A stretch of DNA of 63,889 bases, counting the filler. It is 3 parts of 3 records of this genome, joined end to end, with 100 filler letters (N's around TTAATTAATTAA, not from the genome) between each part and the next. Parts side by side here need not be neighbours in the genome. Positions count along the whole stretch, not along the records: positions 1 to 31,995 come from SRR31156797_2247; 2 more parts are not named here. One strand, 5' to 3'. Each line of letters begins with the position of its first letter. Position 1 is the stretch's first letter. Under the pieces are notes generated by a model. It did no database searches, was not told the origin of the DNA, and worked only from the letters and a program-made list of their open reading frames with translations. A program made the translations under genes and the position numbers. This document shows, piece after piece, positions 10,013-19,342 of the stretch.

Positions 10013-10339
10013 CTATTTGTTATTTATAAATGCGACTGCATCTACCAGCTCTTTCCATGATGCATCTAATTCCTTTAAAAAATCTTTACCTTTATCGGTG
10101 AGTTCATAATATTTTCGTGGCGGCCCTTGTGTCGATTCTTCCCAACGATAGGTTAACAGTTCTGCATTTTTTAGTCGGGTAAGTAAGGGATATAAAGTTC
10201 CTTCCACCACTATCATTTTGGCTTCTTTAAGCTCATTGATAATATCGGAAGCGTATTTATCGCTGCCAGAGAGAATGGAAAGAATACAGTATTCCAAAAC
10301 TCCCTTTCTCATTTGTGCTTTTGTATTTTCTACCTTCAT
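10013..10339 (-). CDS. PadR family transcriptional regulator
   Basis: QMRKGVLEYCIL, EGTLYPLLTRL, GPPRKYY. Confidence 0.95.
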   Translation of the reverse strand: MKVENTKAQMRKGVLEYCILSILSGSDKYASDIINELKEAKMIVVEGTLYPLLTRLKNAELLTYRWEESTQGPPRKYYELTDKGKDFLKELDASWKELVDAVAFINNK

Positions 10340-10404
10340 GTCTTGTTCCTCCTTTAAGTGATTCTTGCTTTGATGATAAAAACAAGAATTACCAGTCCAT
10401 ATTT

Positions 10405-10620
10405 TTATAAGCGTACAGATGTATTATTATCTGCCGAAAAGTCAAGGGATATAAATTGAATATTTCTATCCTCACTGATTTTAATCGTCGGTTCACTCAC
10501 CTCTACTTCCATCATCTCGTTATTCGATTCTAATCTTGCAGACAATACCGGAACCATCAGCATTAAGCTAATTACAACTGCAGAAAACATTGCCATTATT
10601 TTATTTCCGGAAGCTTTCAT
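10405..10620 (-). CDS. Small exported hypothetical protein
   Basis: 71 aa with a signal-peptide-like N-terminus; first gene after the promoter at 10681. Confidence 0.55.
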   Translation of the reverse strand: MKASGNKIMAMFSAVVISLMLMVPVLSARLESNNEMMEVEVSEPTIKISEDRNIQFISLDFSADNNTSVRL

Positions 10621-10680
10621 CGTAAATATGTTTTAATAATAATTTTAAAAATACCTTTTATTACCTTGAATATTGCATTA

Positions 10681-10722
10681 CAAATATATGTCTTTTAATA
10701 GGTACTATGCAATACATACTAC
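10681..10722 (-). promoter_or_regulatory. Promoter -7 element with a probable PadR operator
   Basis: TATATTTG on the minus strand (10681-10688); imperfect palindrome GTACTATG-N5-CATACTAC (10702-10722). Confidence 0.6.
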
Positions 10723-10841
10723 TATATTTTTTATAAATATTTTTTCAAACAGCACTGAATACCTTTTGTTTATTGGGATGTATGAGTATGTTAAAAATTT
10801 TAACACACTTATGTAGTGATCATAATATCACGATTGAGCAC

Positions 10842-10876
10842 AAAAAAAGAGGTTGCTTCTTCAGAAACAACCTCTT
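10842..10876 (-). terminator. trpS terminator
   Basis: AAGAGGTTG/CAACCTCTT stem with an A-run on its left. Confidence 0.7.
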
Positions 10877-10897
10877 GTATTTTATCGAAAATGGAAT

Positions 10898-11887
10898 TTA
10901 GAAACGCTTAATTCCAATAATTTCTCTTACTTCTTTTACTGTTTGCTCGGCACTGGCTTGAGCTTTTTCTCGACCCATGCTAACTACTTTATTCAGATAA
11001 ACATCATCTGCTTTTATGGCTTCAATCTTTTCGCGAATAGGTGTGGTAAATTTCACAATATCCTCTGCCAATTGCTTTTTTAAATCTCCATAACGGATTT
11101 CACAAGTCGCATATTTTTCTTTAAAGAAATCCAATGTATCAGGAGTAGAAACCACCTCCATTAAAGTAAACAGGTTTTGAATTGGTTCCGAAACCGGAGA
11201 GTTTGGCTCAGTTGGACCACTATCCGTAACCGCTTTCATTACTTTTTTCTTCAACGCTTTTGGCTCATCTGCCAGGTAAATACCATTACCTTCTGATTTA
11301 CCCATTTTACCGGAACCATCTAATCCAGGAATTTTAACCAATGCTTCTCCGTAGTTAAACGATTGTGGAATTTTAAAATATTCCTGCTTATACATGTGGT
11401 TAAAACGGTTGGCAAATTTTCTGGTCATCTCCAGGTTTTGCTCCTGATCTTTACCTACAGGTACTTTATCTGCTTTATGAATTAAAATATCCGAAGCCAT
11501 TAAAACCGGATATGTCAACAGACCTGCATTTACGTTTTCAGGCTGCTTTCTTGCTTTATCCTTAAATGATGTGGTACGCTCAAGTTCGCCTAAGTACGCA
11601 TTCATACTCATTAACAAACTCAATTCTGCAATTGCAGGCACATCACTCTGAATATAAATAATCGATTTTTCAGGATCCAATCCACAAGCCAAATATTCAG
11701 CTAAAACCTGACGAACATTATTATGCAAATTTTCCGGAGTTGGATGTGTGGTTAAGGAGTGATAATCGGCAATAAAAAAATAGCAGTTGTACTCATCCTG
11801 CATGCGCAAAAAGTTTTTTACTGCTCCAAAATAATTTCCTAAGTGTAAGTTCCCGGTGGGTCTGATACCACTAACTACCGTTTGCAT
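10898..11887 (-). CDS. trpS: Tryptophan--tRNA ligase
   Basis: SGIRPTGNLHLGNY (HIGH), YPVLMASDIL, VPVGKDQ, KMGKS. Confidence 0.98.
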   Translation of the reverse strand: MQTVVSGIRPTGNLHLGNYFGAVKNFLRMQDEYNCYFFIADYHSLTTHPTPENLHNNVRQVLAEYLACGLDPEKSIIYIQSDVPAIAELSLLMSMNAYLGELERTTSFKDKARKQPENVNAGLLTYPVLMASDILIHKADKVPVGKDQEQNLEMTRKFANRFNHMYKQEYFKIPQSFNYGEALVKIPGLDGSGKMGKSEGNGIYLADEPKALKKKVMKAVTDSGPTEPNSPVSEPIQNLFTLMEVVSTPDTLDFFKEKYATCEIRYGDLKKQLAEDIVKFTTPIREKIEAIKADDVYLNKVVSMGREKAQASAEQTVKEVREIIGIKRF

Positions 11888-12057
11888 AATATTCTAGCTT
11901 TTAATTCTTTTTTCAATTTGACCGACAAAAATCGTAATTTTTTCTGAAAACATGGTGTTTGAAAGGAATTATTTGAGATATTATTGCGCTCCTATCCATT
12001 CTAAAATTTTAATCGAACTGAGTTATTATTACATTTGAGCAAACTAATCTGATAAAT

Positions 12058-12894
12058 ATGTATCATCAAAAAACCTACCCAAACATTCTGCAAAGTTGGG
12101 GAATTGTTGGCATTTCCGTTTTAGCCATTTTACCTTTATTACCTTTACAAATTTGGCTATTAAGCATAGCCTCTATGGAGCTAGCTACGTTTGTTATTTA
12201 TACATTGAACATGGCAGCACCACTTTCTTTTGCCTGGTATATTCGTAAAAAAGAAAGCGGAATTGTTGGTTTTACATTTAAGTCAGTATCTCCCAAAATG
12301 ATTGCTTTGGTTTCTTTGGGAGCTCTGGGGTTGCAATTCGGGTTATTATTACCTATCACCTATTTGATTCCGATGCCTGACTTTATGAAGGACATTCTTA
12401 TGGAAATAGGTAATTTAAAAGGTGTTTTTGCTTTTCTGACCTTATCAGTTGCAGCTCCCATATTGGAGGAATTAATATTCAGAGGCATCATATTGGATGG
12501 TTTATTAAAAAGATATTCACCTGCCAAATCTATTTTTATATCCAGTTTATTGTTTGGAATAGTTCATTTAAATCCTTGGCAATTTATTACCGCTATGGGC
12601 TTGGGAATATTTATGGGTTGGATATATCATAAAACCCACAATCTAACCCTTTGTGTTATTATTCATTTTGTAAATAACCTGGTAGCTACTTTAATGATGC
12701 AATTTGTAAATATGGAAGAGGAAATGGAAAAGACTTTCTTCGAAGGTTATGGCGGAGTAGCAAACACATTCATCATTATAACAGGAGCTATAACAATTGC
12801 CATTTGTTGTTTTATCCTGCTAAAAAGAATATTTAATCACCCAGAAGAAGGAAATATAGAACCTGCAGTGAATAATGAATTGGATTTGAAATAG
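12058..12894 (+). CDS. CPBP (CAAX/Abi) intramembrane metalloprotease
   Basis: EELIFRG, FGIVH and HFVNN motifs; polytopic. Confidence 0.92.
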   Translation: MYHQKTYPNILQSWGIVGISVLAILPLLPLQIWLLSIASMELATFVIYTLNMAAPLSFAWYIRKKESGIVGFTFKSVSPKMIALVSLGALGLQFGLLLPITYLIPMPDFMKDILMEIGNLKGVFAFLTLSVAAPILEELIFRGIILDGLLKRYSPAKSIFISSLLFGIVHLNPWQFITAMGLGIFMGWIYHKTHNLTLCVIIHFVNNLVATLMMQFVNMEEEMEKTFFEGYGGVANTFIIITGAITIAICCFILLKRIFNHPEEGNIEPAVNNELDLK

Positions 12895-12915
12895 AAACCG
12901 ATAAGAAATTGATGC

Positions 12916-13257
12916 TTATCGGTGCTTTAGCATTTTCTTGCGAATGATACTTTCCATCATTAACAAAAACAAAGCGATAAAACCAATCATACTATAAAAC
13001 TGAAATAAAGGATTGTTAAAACTGAGGTATTTAGTGTAAGAACTTAAATCTAAATAAGGTGATATAAAAAAGAATGTCGCCACAATAAAGGACAGTGAAA
13101 CAAATGAAACCGTAATTAATCCCACTGCATAACTTCGACGTTTCTTCTTTTCTGCTTCCTGATATACAGCTTGCATTAAAGTATATTCAAAATGATTTGG
13201 CAATTGAAATTTGTCATTTTGCTTCAATACTTTTTTTAGCGCTTTATCCTCTTTCAT
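12916..13257 (-). CDS. Probable anti-sigma factor (2 TM); start revised to MKEDK
   Basis: Overlaps the end of the ECF sigma gene; LPNHFEYTLMQAV then two TM helices. Confidence 0.65.
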   Translation of the reverse strand: MKEDKALKKVLKQNDKFQLPNHFEYTLMQAVYQEAEKKKRRSYAVGLITVSFVSLSFIVATFFFISPYLDLSSYTKYLSFNNPLFQFYSMIGFIALFLLMMESIIRKKMLKHR

Positions 13258-13807
13258 GCTTACTGTTATTAATGAATGAATAGAGCTTTTTACGGGCTCT
13301 ATGCAATTTAACTTTAATATTCGACTCACTCAAATTCATGATATCTGCCAATTCCTTAATGGGTTTTTCTTGTTGGTAATAAAGTACAATTAACGACTTA
13401 TCTTCAATACTTAAACACTTTATAGCCTGCTCCAACTCTAATAAAAGTGCCTCATCGTTTTCTTTATTTAAAAACTCATCTACATCTTCATCCGAGATAT
13501 TATTTATTACAAAATCATCTACTCCGGCATATTCTTTTTTCGCTTTACGAGTAGCTGAAATGGTTGTATTATAAGCTATCCGGTATAACCATGATGAGAA
13601 CTTACTATTTCCTTTAAAAGTATGAATTTTCTTAAAGGCCTTAAGAAATACATCTTGTGTAATCTCTTCGGCATCCTCATTATTACCAATCATTTGGCGA
13701 ACCATGGAAAAGATAGAATTAGAATAGTGTTGAAGAAAATAAGCATACAAATGCGTATCTCCATCAACAATCTGTTTTATATATTCTAGTTCTTTTTCCT
13801 GATCCAT
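13244..13807 (-). CDS. ECF RNA polymerase sigma factor; start revised to MDQEK
   Basis: DAEEITQDVFLKAF, FSSWLYRIAYN, SNIKVKLHRAR. The TTG extension in the ORF track overlaps the promoter -10. Confidence 0.93.
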   Translation of the reverse strand: MDQEKELEYIKQIVDGDTHLYAYFLQHYSNSIFSMVRQMIGNNEDAEEITQDVFLKAFKKIHTFKGNSKFSSWLYRIAYNTTISATRKAKKEYAGVDDFVINNISDEDVDEFLNKENDEALLLELEQAIKCLSIEDKSLIVLYYQQEKPIKELADIMNLSESNIKVKLHRARKKLYSFINNSKHERG

Positions 13808-13816
13808 GTCGGCATT

Positions 13817-13844
13817 AAGACGCAATATTCTATTATCGGTTACA
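13817..13844 (-). promoter_or_regulatory. ECF-type promoter of the sigma gene
   Basis: TGTAAC-N16-CGTCTT on the minus strand. Confidence 0.7.
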
Positions 13845-13888
13845 CCTCTTTTGAAAAAATATTTCTACGAATAAAAGTAAATAATTCT

Positions 13889-13916
13889 TGTAACCGATTG
13901 TAAAAGTCAGCGTCTT
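13889..13916 (+). promoter_or_regulatory. ECF-type promoter of the DUF6249-like gene
   Basis: TGTAAC-N16-CGTCTT on the plus strand. Confidence 0.7.
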
Positions 13917-13957
13917 AAAGCCAAAATGGATTTATAACGATTTAAAATTTTACTGAT

Positions 13958-14371
13958 ATGATGGAATTTATTTTTGTACCAGTGGTGGTTGCAACTGTAG
14001 CCCTGGGGATTTATAAGATTTTCGAACTCTTCGTTCACAGAAAGGAGCGATTAAACATTATTGAAAAGTTAGGTGACAAACTGGATGTTTCCATTTTAAA
14101 AGAAAACTACTCCATGCCTAAATTTAAATTGGGAGGTTTTAGCTCCGGTGCACTAAAAGCCGCATGCCTATTGATGGGAATTGGTTTAGGCTTGTTGGTC
14201 GGTTTCTTTTTAACGCAAGCCTTATTGCCGGAATTTACTCTTGATAATAATCGTGAATGGAATATAAGAGAAACCGTAAGCGTTGTTTATGGTGCTCCAG
14301 TTTTATTATTTGGTGGTTTTGGTTTATTGATCGCTTTTATCGTAGAAATGAAGTATAGTAAAAAAGAATAG
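13958..14371 (+). CDS. DUF6249-like membrane protein
   Basis: TM-RKERLNIIEK...LKAACLLMGIGLGLLVG...LLFGGFGLLIAF; divergent from an ECF sigma. Confidence 0.7.
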   Translation: MMEFIFVPVVVATVALGIYKIFELFVHRKERLNIIEKLGDKLDVSILKENYSMPKFKLGGFSSGALKAACLLMGIGLGLLVGFFLTQALLPEFTLDNNREWNIRETVSVVYGAPVLLFGGFGLLIAFIVEMKYSKKE

Positions 14372-14393
14372 ACCTAACTTTATAGTTAAGGAC

Positions 14394-14443
14394 AAAAGAA
14401 AGGGTTTGGCATATAAGATAAATAGCCAAACCCTTATTATTTT
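14394..14443. terminator. Bidirectional terminator
   Basis: AAGGGTTTGGC/GCCAAACCCTT between convergent genes. Confidence 0.7.
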
Positions 14444-14466
14444 AAATAATTAAAGAAAAAGACAAA

Positions 14467-16683
14467 TTACTTCTTGATTACCTTTTTAATAATGTTTCCA
14501 GCTTCTGTTTCTACTTTTATAATATAGATACCTTTTTTTAAGCTATAGCTTGAAATAGTTACATTAAATACGCCAGACTTAGCTTCATTATATACCATAT
14601 TTCCTGTTGAATTAAATAAAGAAACAGATGTAATTGGAGCTTCTACCTCAATTGTCAATTGATCGCTGAAAGGATTAGGATAAACCTGACAAGTAAGAGC
14701 TTCATTCTCTTTTACTGAGGTAGAAAGTGTCACCTCATCAATTATATACTCGGCAAGAATTTCGAAACTTGAAACCAGAGAACTCTGAATTTTGCAAGTA
14801 TATACCCCTTCGTTCGCTACAGAAGCTGATGCTATAGTGTGCATATTACCCCCAATAGTTACCGGAGCCACTTCATCATTAAAAAACCAATTATACACGG
14901 CAGCGTCATCTACTGTCAATGAGAAAGAAACTTCTTCTCCTTCGTTTACAGTATAATGCTGTGTAGCCTGAGCATATTGATAATCGTTTGTAAAGGCTCC
15001 AAATTGTCCATTTGCAGCAGCATCATGATATGGCTTTACATCCTGAAACGAAAAGTAATTTCCGGTTAAGTTAACTTTTGCCCCATTATCAGCTGGTATG
15101 TTAGCAAATGGAAGCTCACCTTCTAATAGATTATCGTGTAAATACAAACGTACTAAACCAGTTGCCTCTGTTACTGTAGAAGGAACCTTTCCTGTAAAGT
15201 TACTTTGGTGTAAATAAGCTTTAGTTAAAGATGGTAACTGAAACACTTCTGCAGGAATAGATCCTCCTAAGTACGATTGTTGAAAGTTAATTTCATACAT
15301 GTTAACCATTGATTCAATTCCTTCAGGAATACCTCCGTTTAAACCAGTATATTTCATTTGCAGACGACCTATTTCAGTACAGTTCCATACTTCAGCAGGA
15401 ATAGATCCATTTAAGTTAGGAGCATTTTGAATTTCAAAACGAGTTAACCCTGTAAGCTTTCCTATTGATGGAGAAAGCGTACCTCCATGTCCTCCAAAGT
15501 TAATTTGATTTAGACCTAGTTCTGTAACTCTTCCATCTGTAACAACAACACCAGTCCAGGTATCAACATTACCTTCTAACCATGCATTTTCCACATCCAT
15601 CCAGTTGGCACCGTCGCCAGCATAATAAATATCGACTAATGCTAAAGAATCAGCCTCTAGCGCCGTAATTTCAGAAGAAACAACACTATTTATGGTATAT
15701 TCAGCTAAGATCTCAAAGTTAGAAACTAATGAACTTTGGATTTTACATGTATATAATCCAGCGTTGGCCTCTGTAGCCGAAGCTATTGAGTGGGTGTTAT
15801 TTCCGATAGTAACAGGAGCAGCTTCTTCATTGAAAAACCAATTATATACCGCTGCATCTTCTACTGTTAATGAAAAGTCTATGGCATCGCCTTCGTATAA
15901 AGTAAAGAATTGTGCAGCTTGTGCATATTGGTAATCATTGGTAAATGAGGCAAACTGACTATTAGCAGCTGCATCATGATATGGCTTTACATCTTCAAAA
16001 GAAAAATAATTTCCGGTTAAATTAACTTTTGCTCCGTTATCTGCTGGAATATCTGCAAATGGCAGCGGACCTTCTAAATGATTGTCTTGTAAATATAATC
16101 TTACCAAACCTTTAGCCTCGGTAACAGTAGAAGGAACTGTTCCTGTAAAGTTACTTTGGTGTAAATATGCCTTGGTTAGTGATGGCAACTGAAATACTTC
16201 GGCGGGAATAGATCCTCCCAAGTAAGATTGCTGAAAGTTTATCTCATACATGTTCACCATTGATTCAATTCCTGCAGGAATTCCTCCGGTTAAACCGGTA
16301 TATTTCATTTGTAAACGACCAATCTTTGTACAATTCCATAGCTCCGAAGGAATAGAACCTCTTAATGTAGGTGCATCCTGAATTTCGAATCGTGTAAGCT
16401 CTGTTAAATTTCCAATAGAAGGAGATAATTCACCTCCGTTACCCCCAAAGTTAATCTGATTTAAGTACAATTCGGTAACCCTACCTTCTGTAACGATTAC
16501 ACCAGACCAGGTATCTGCATTACCTTGTAACCATGGATTTTCAACATTCGTCCAATTGGCACCGTCACCGGCATTATAAATATCTACCAATGCCAAAGAA
16601 TCGGCTTCTTGTAATTGCGCATTTATCTGAAATGTAAATGCAGCGACTACTACAGCCAGAACATAAGAATAAAATTTTTTCAT
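14467..16683 (-). CDS. T9SS-secreted protein with two tandem LRR+Ig modules
   Basis: Signal peptide; two copies of a 317-aa unit (DSLALVDIY..W cap, L.GSIP LRRs, G.YTCKI Ig); C-terminal VYPNPF...KGIYIIKV...KKVIKK. Confidence 0.88.
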   Translation of the reverse strand: MKKFYSYVLAVVVAAFTFQINAQLQEADSLALVDIYNAGDGANWTNVENPWLQGNADTWSGVIVTEGRVTELYLNQINFGGNGGELSPSIGNLTELTRFEIQDAPTLRGSIPSELWNCTKIGRLQMKYTGLTGGIPAGIESMVNMYEINFQQSYLGGSIPAEVFQLPSLTKAYLHQSNFTGTVPSTVTEAKGLVRLYLQDNHLEGPLPFADIPADNGAKVNLTGNYFSFEDVKPYHDAAANSQFASFTNDYQYAQAAQFFTLYEGDAIDFSLTVEDAAVYNWFFNEEAAPVTIGNNTHSIASATEANAGLYTCKIQSSLVSNFEILAEYTINSVVSSEITALEADSLALVDIYYAGDGANWMDVENAWLEGNVDTWTGVVVTDGRVTELGLNQINFGGHGGTLSPSIGKLTGLTRFEIQNAPNLNGSIPAEVWNCTEIGRLQMKYTGLNGGIPEGIESMVNMYEINFQQSYLGGSIPAEVFQLPSLTKAYLHQSNFTGKVPSTVTEATGLVRLYLHDNLLEGELPFANIPADNGAKVNLTGNYFSFQDVKPYHDAAANGQFGAFTNDYQYAQATQHYTVNEGEEVSFSLTVDDAAVYNWFFNDEVAPVTIGGNMHTIASASVANEGVYTCKIQSSLVSSFEILAEYIIDEVTLSTSVKENEALTCQVYPNPFSDQLTIEVEAPITSVSLFNSTGNMVYNEAKSGVFNVTISSYSLKKGIYIIKVETEAGNIIKKVIKK

Positions 16684-16726
16684 GTTTAATAGTTTTTGTT
16701 TTTGATTTTTTTGGTTGTTATCAGAA

Positions 16727-19300
16727 TTATTTCTTTATGAATTTTGCAGTATAAAATGTTGTGCTATTTTGCAATACATGTAGGATATAAATGCCCGATT
16801 GTAAAGAGCTAAGATTTAATTGCTCCATATTTCCAACTTCGTTAAATACTACCTGACCGGACATATTTACAATCTGAATTCTCAGGTTGCTAAGTGAATT
16901 GCAAACGGATAAGTTCAGGTAGTTTTCAACAGGGTTTGGCCAAATATCAAAGCACTTGTCAATATAATGACCTTTATCAACAGCAGTATTGTAAAAATCG
17001 CCAAAAGCAGCTTCAACCGTCAAGTCATCATTCATCACCGCCTGTCTTAAATCCAGATTACTATTTTCCCATACATTCCCATTTCTAAAGCTGTAATTCA
17101 CTTCTTCCCCATAGCCGTAACCCTCTAATTGCACACTGAAAATATGAGTTTCGTCGGTTGGGTTCAGCGCTATACCTTCTGACCAGTCTCCATCAATTCC
17201 CATTACATATGGATCAGCAGTTTCTCCTGGATTATTATTGAGGTAACCATTAAGGTCAAGAATAAGGGTTAAGGTTTTATTCATATAACCAAAGGAGGTT
17301 TCGCCTGTATAAGCATCTGTTCTCACTGAGAAATTTAGAATTACCTCTTCTGTTAAAAGAGAATCTGTATCATGTAAATATGGGTTTAACTGCATTGCCT
17401 TTTGTCCATTGCCTAAATCCACCCAAACGGTATCATATCGAACTTCTGTAGTGCGTTTATATGCATTCCATTCGTAATCCCCTTCTGTTAATTCCATTTG
17501 AACAGACCATGTATTGTCTCCTGAGATTTCATCTCCCTGGCTACCATCATCTTTTAATAACACGTCTTCCGTGGATAGATTTCCTTTAATAACCAGATTT
17601 TGTATTTGTGCGGTACCATCAATTACGGTAAGCTTAACAGGTGTTCTTTCTGCGATTACCTTATTTTCAACAGGAAAATTGGTTATCTCCACATTTCCTG
17701 CACCATAAAGAGCAAAAACAGCTTCTGCACTTAAGGAAACAGAAATATCATCGGGATAAATAAAAGCCTGATCTACAGAAATCAAAAGTTTTTTTGTGAT
17801 ATGATTATTTACATCCCCATTGATAGCCTGAATGGAAGAAATATTTACCGGAGAGCTAGACTGTACACTAAGATTCTGAGCATCTAGTTTATTGATATCA
17901 ATGTAATAATCAAAAGTCAGTTCAATACCATTACCATCGGTTCTGGTAACTGCGCTTAATAGTGTTGGCGAAGTTCCGGTTCGGTTTTCAGCAGATACCT
18001 CAAAGGATTCTAATACTCCACCATTAGCACAAACCACAGAACCCTGAGTATAAATAACTCTAATATTCTCGCCCATAGTTAAAGGTTTTGTTAGATGTAG
18101 AGTAAGTTGGTCTGCCAAACGACCTTCTCTGGTCAAGCGTTCAACATCAATGCTTTCATCACCACAGCTTACTGTAAAATCATCCTGTTGACCTTCATGC
18201 GGAAGTCCCATTGGTTTACTGAATTCGAGTTCAATTGATTTTCCATCTGCAGCCCCTGTGGCTTTTTTCAATAAAGGGGTAGAAGGAGTAAAAGTCAGAT
18301 GGATTGGTTTTGTAAACGAATTGTTATAGTCGGAGTTTTCGTCATTCACACGAATAAATTCATTACCAATTAACACCGTGTAGTTTCCGGTATCTGCAGG
18401 AGTAACACTGGCTATATTAAATGTAGAGCCCGGCATGTAGGTATTAAAACCTTTTTTATACCAGGTGTAAGTTCCGTTTACACCGGCTTCGTTACAAGTC
18501 AGCGTTACAGGATCACCCTCTGCAACTACGATTTCCTGAGCCCTCCCTACATCGGTGTTTTTTCGGGCTTCGTATAAGATGCCTCGCTCTACAAAATATT
18601 CAATAGTTGGTTCAAGTGTGGCATAAGATATCTGGTTATTGTAGAAGAAAACAGTTTTTTCTAGCTCTAAATCTTCAGCATAAAAATCGCATAAAGGTAT
18701 CGAATCGAAATAATTGTATCTTAAGTTGGTAAATTTTAAACCAGTACAATTACGAAGCGCATCACTTACAACACCTGTAAAATAAACCGCCTCCAAATCT
18801 AATTCTTCCAGACTTGGTTGAAAAACTTCGTCTGGTACTTCTGTTCCTCCCAAACCTACATTACCATTAACTTTAAACCATTCCAAGGCAGTTAACATAC
18901 CCACTTCCTGAGGAATATAGCCTGAAAGATTATTATCTCCGGCTGAACGTCGGCTAATGGTTGGTCGTAGATGAACAACCCTCCATACATAATCTTGTCC
19001 GTTGTCGGCCAATTGTTTTTCGAGCAACACACCAAACCAATCTTTCACCGGGCCTTCCAGCCACTTACCCAATCCTGCATTGGGATAATCCGTTGAATGA
19101 TAAGTTAAAACATCATCACTCAAATTGTCGATGGAAAATCCATCCTGGTTACAAGCCCAGTCTGGTCCACCTGTTGCATGGTAAAACGCAACCAAGGCCA
19201 ATGAGTCCTGTTCTGCACATCCGGTATAATCGGAATAATCCTGAGCTTGAAGTGTAATCATCACACTTAAAAAAGCTACTAGAAAAATAAGTACTCTCAT
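16727..19300 (-). CDS. T9SS-secreted modular protein (LRR, Ig, SwmB-like repeats, choice-of-anchor-X-like)
   Basis: DSLALVAFY cap, NNLSGYIP, DTGNYTV, DGKSIELEFSKPM/DGNGIELTFDYY, LKDDGSQGDEISGDNTWS; C-terminal IWPNPV...SGIYIL...KFIKK. Confidence 0.8.
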   Translation of the reverse strand: MRVLIFLVAFLSVMITLQAQDYSDYTGCAEQDSLALVAFYHATGGPDWACNQDGFSIDNLSDDVLTYHSTDYPNAGLGKWLEGPVKDWFGVLLEKQLADNGQDYVWRVVHLRPTISRRSAGDNNLSGYIPQEVGMLTALEWFKVNGNVGLGGTEVPDEVFQPSLEELDLEAVYFTGVVSDALRNCTGLKFTNLRYNYFDSIPLCDFYAEDLELEKTVFFYNNQISYATLEPTIEYFVERGILYEARKNTDVGRAQEIVVAEGDPVTLTCNEAGVNGTYTWYKKGFNTYMPGSTFNIASVTPADTGNYTVLIGNEFIRVNDENSDYNNSFTKPIHLTFTPSTPLLKKATGAADGKSIELEFSKPMGLPHEGQQDDFTVSCGDESIDVERLTREGRLADQLTLHLTKPLTMGENIRVIYTQGSVVCANGGVLESFEVSAENRTGTSPTLLSAVTRTDGNGIELTFDYYIDINKLDAQNLSVQSSSPVNISSIQAINGDVNNHITKKLLISVDQAFIYPDDISVSLSAEAVFALYGAGNVEITNFPVENKVIAERTPVKLTVIDGTAQIQNLVIKGNLSTEDVLLKDDGSQGDEISGDNTWSVQMELTEGDYEWNAYKRTTEVRYDTVWVDLGNGQKAMQLNPYLHDTDSLLTEEVILNFSVRTDAYTGETSFGYMNKTLTLILDLNGYLNNNPGETADPYVMGIDGDWSEGIALNPTDETHIFSVQLEGYGYGEEVNYSFRNGNVWENSNLDLRQAVMNDDLTVEAAFGDFYNTAVDKGHYIDKCFDIWPNPVENYLNLSVCNSLSNLRIQIVNMSGQVVFNEVGNMEQLNLSSLQSGIYILHVLQNSTTFYTAKFIKK

Positions 19301-19342
19301 TTTTAGTTTTTTTATATGATATTTTTTAACACAATTGATTGA

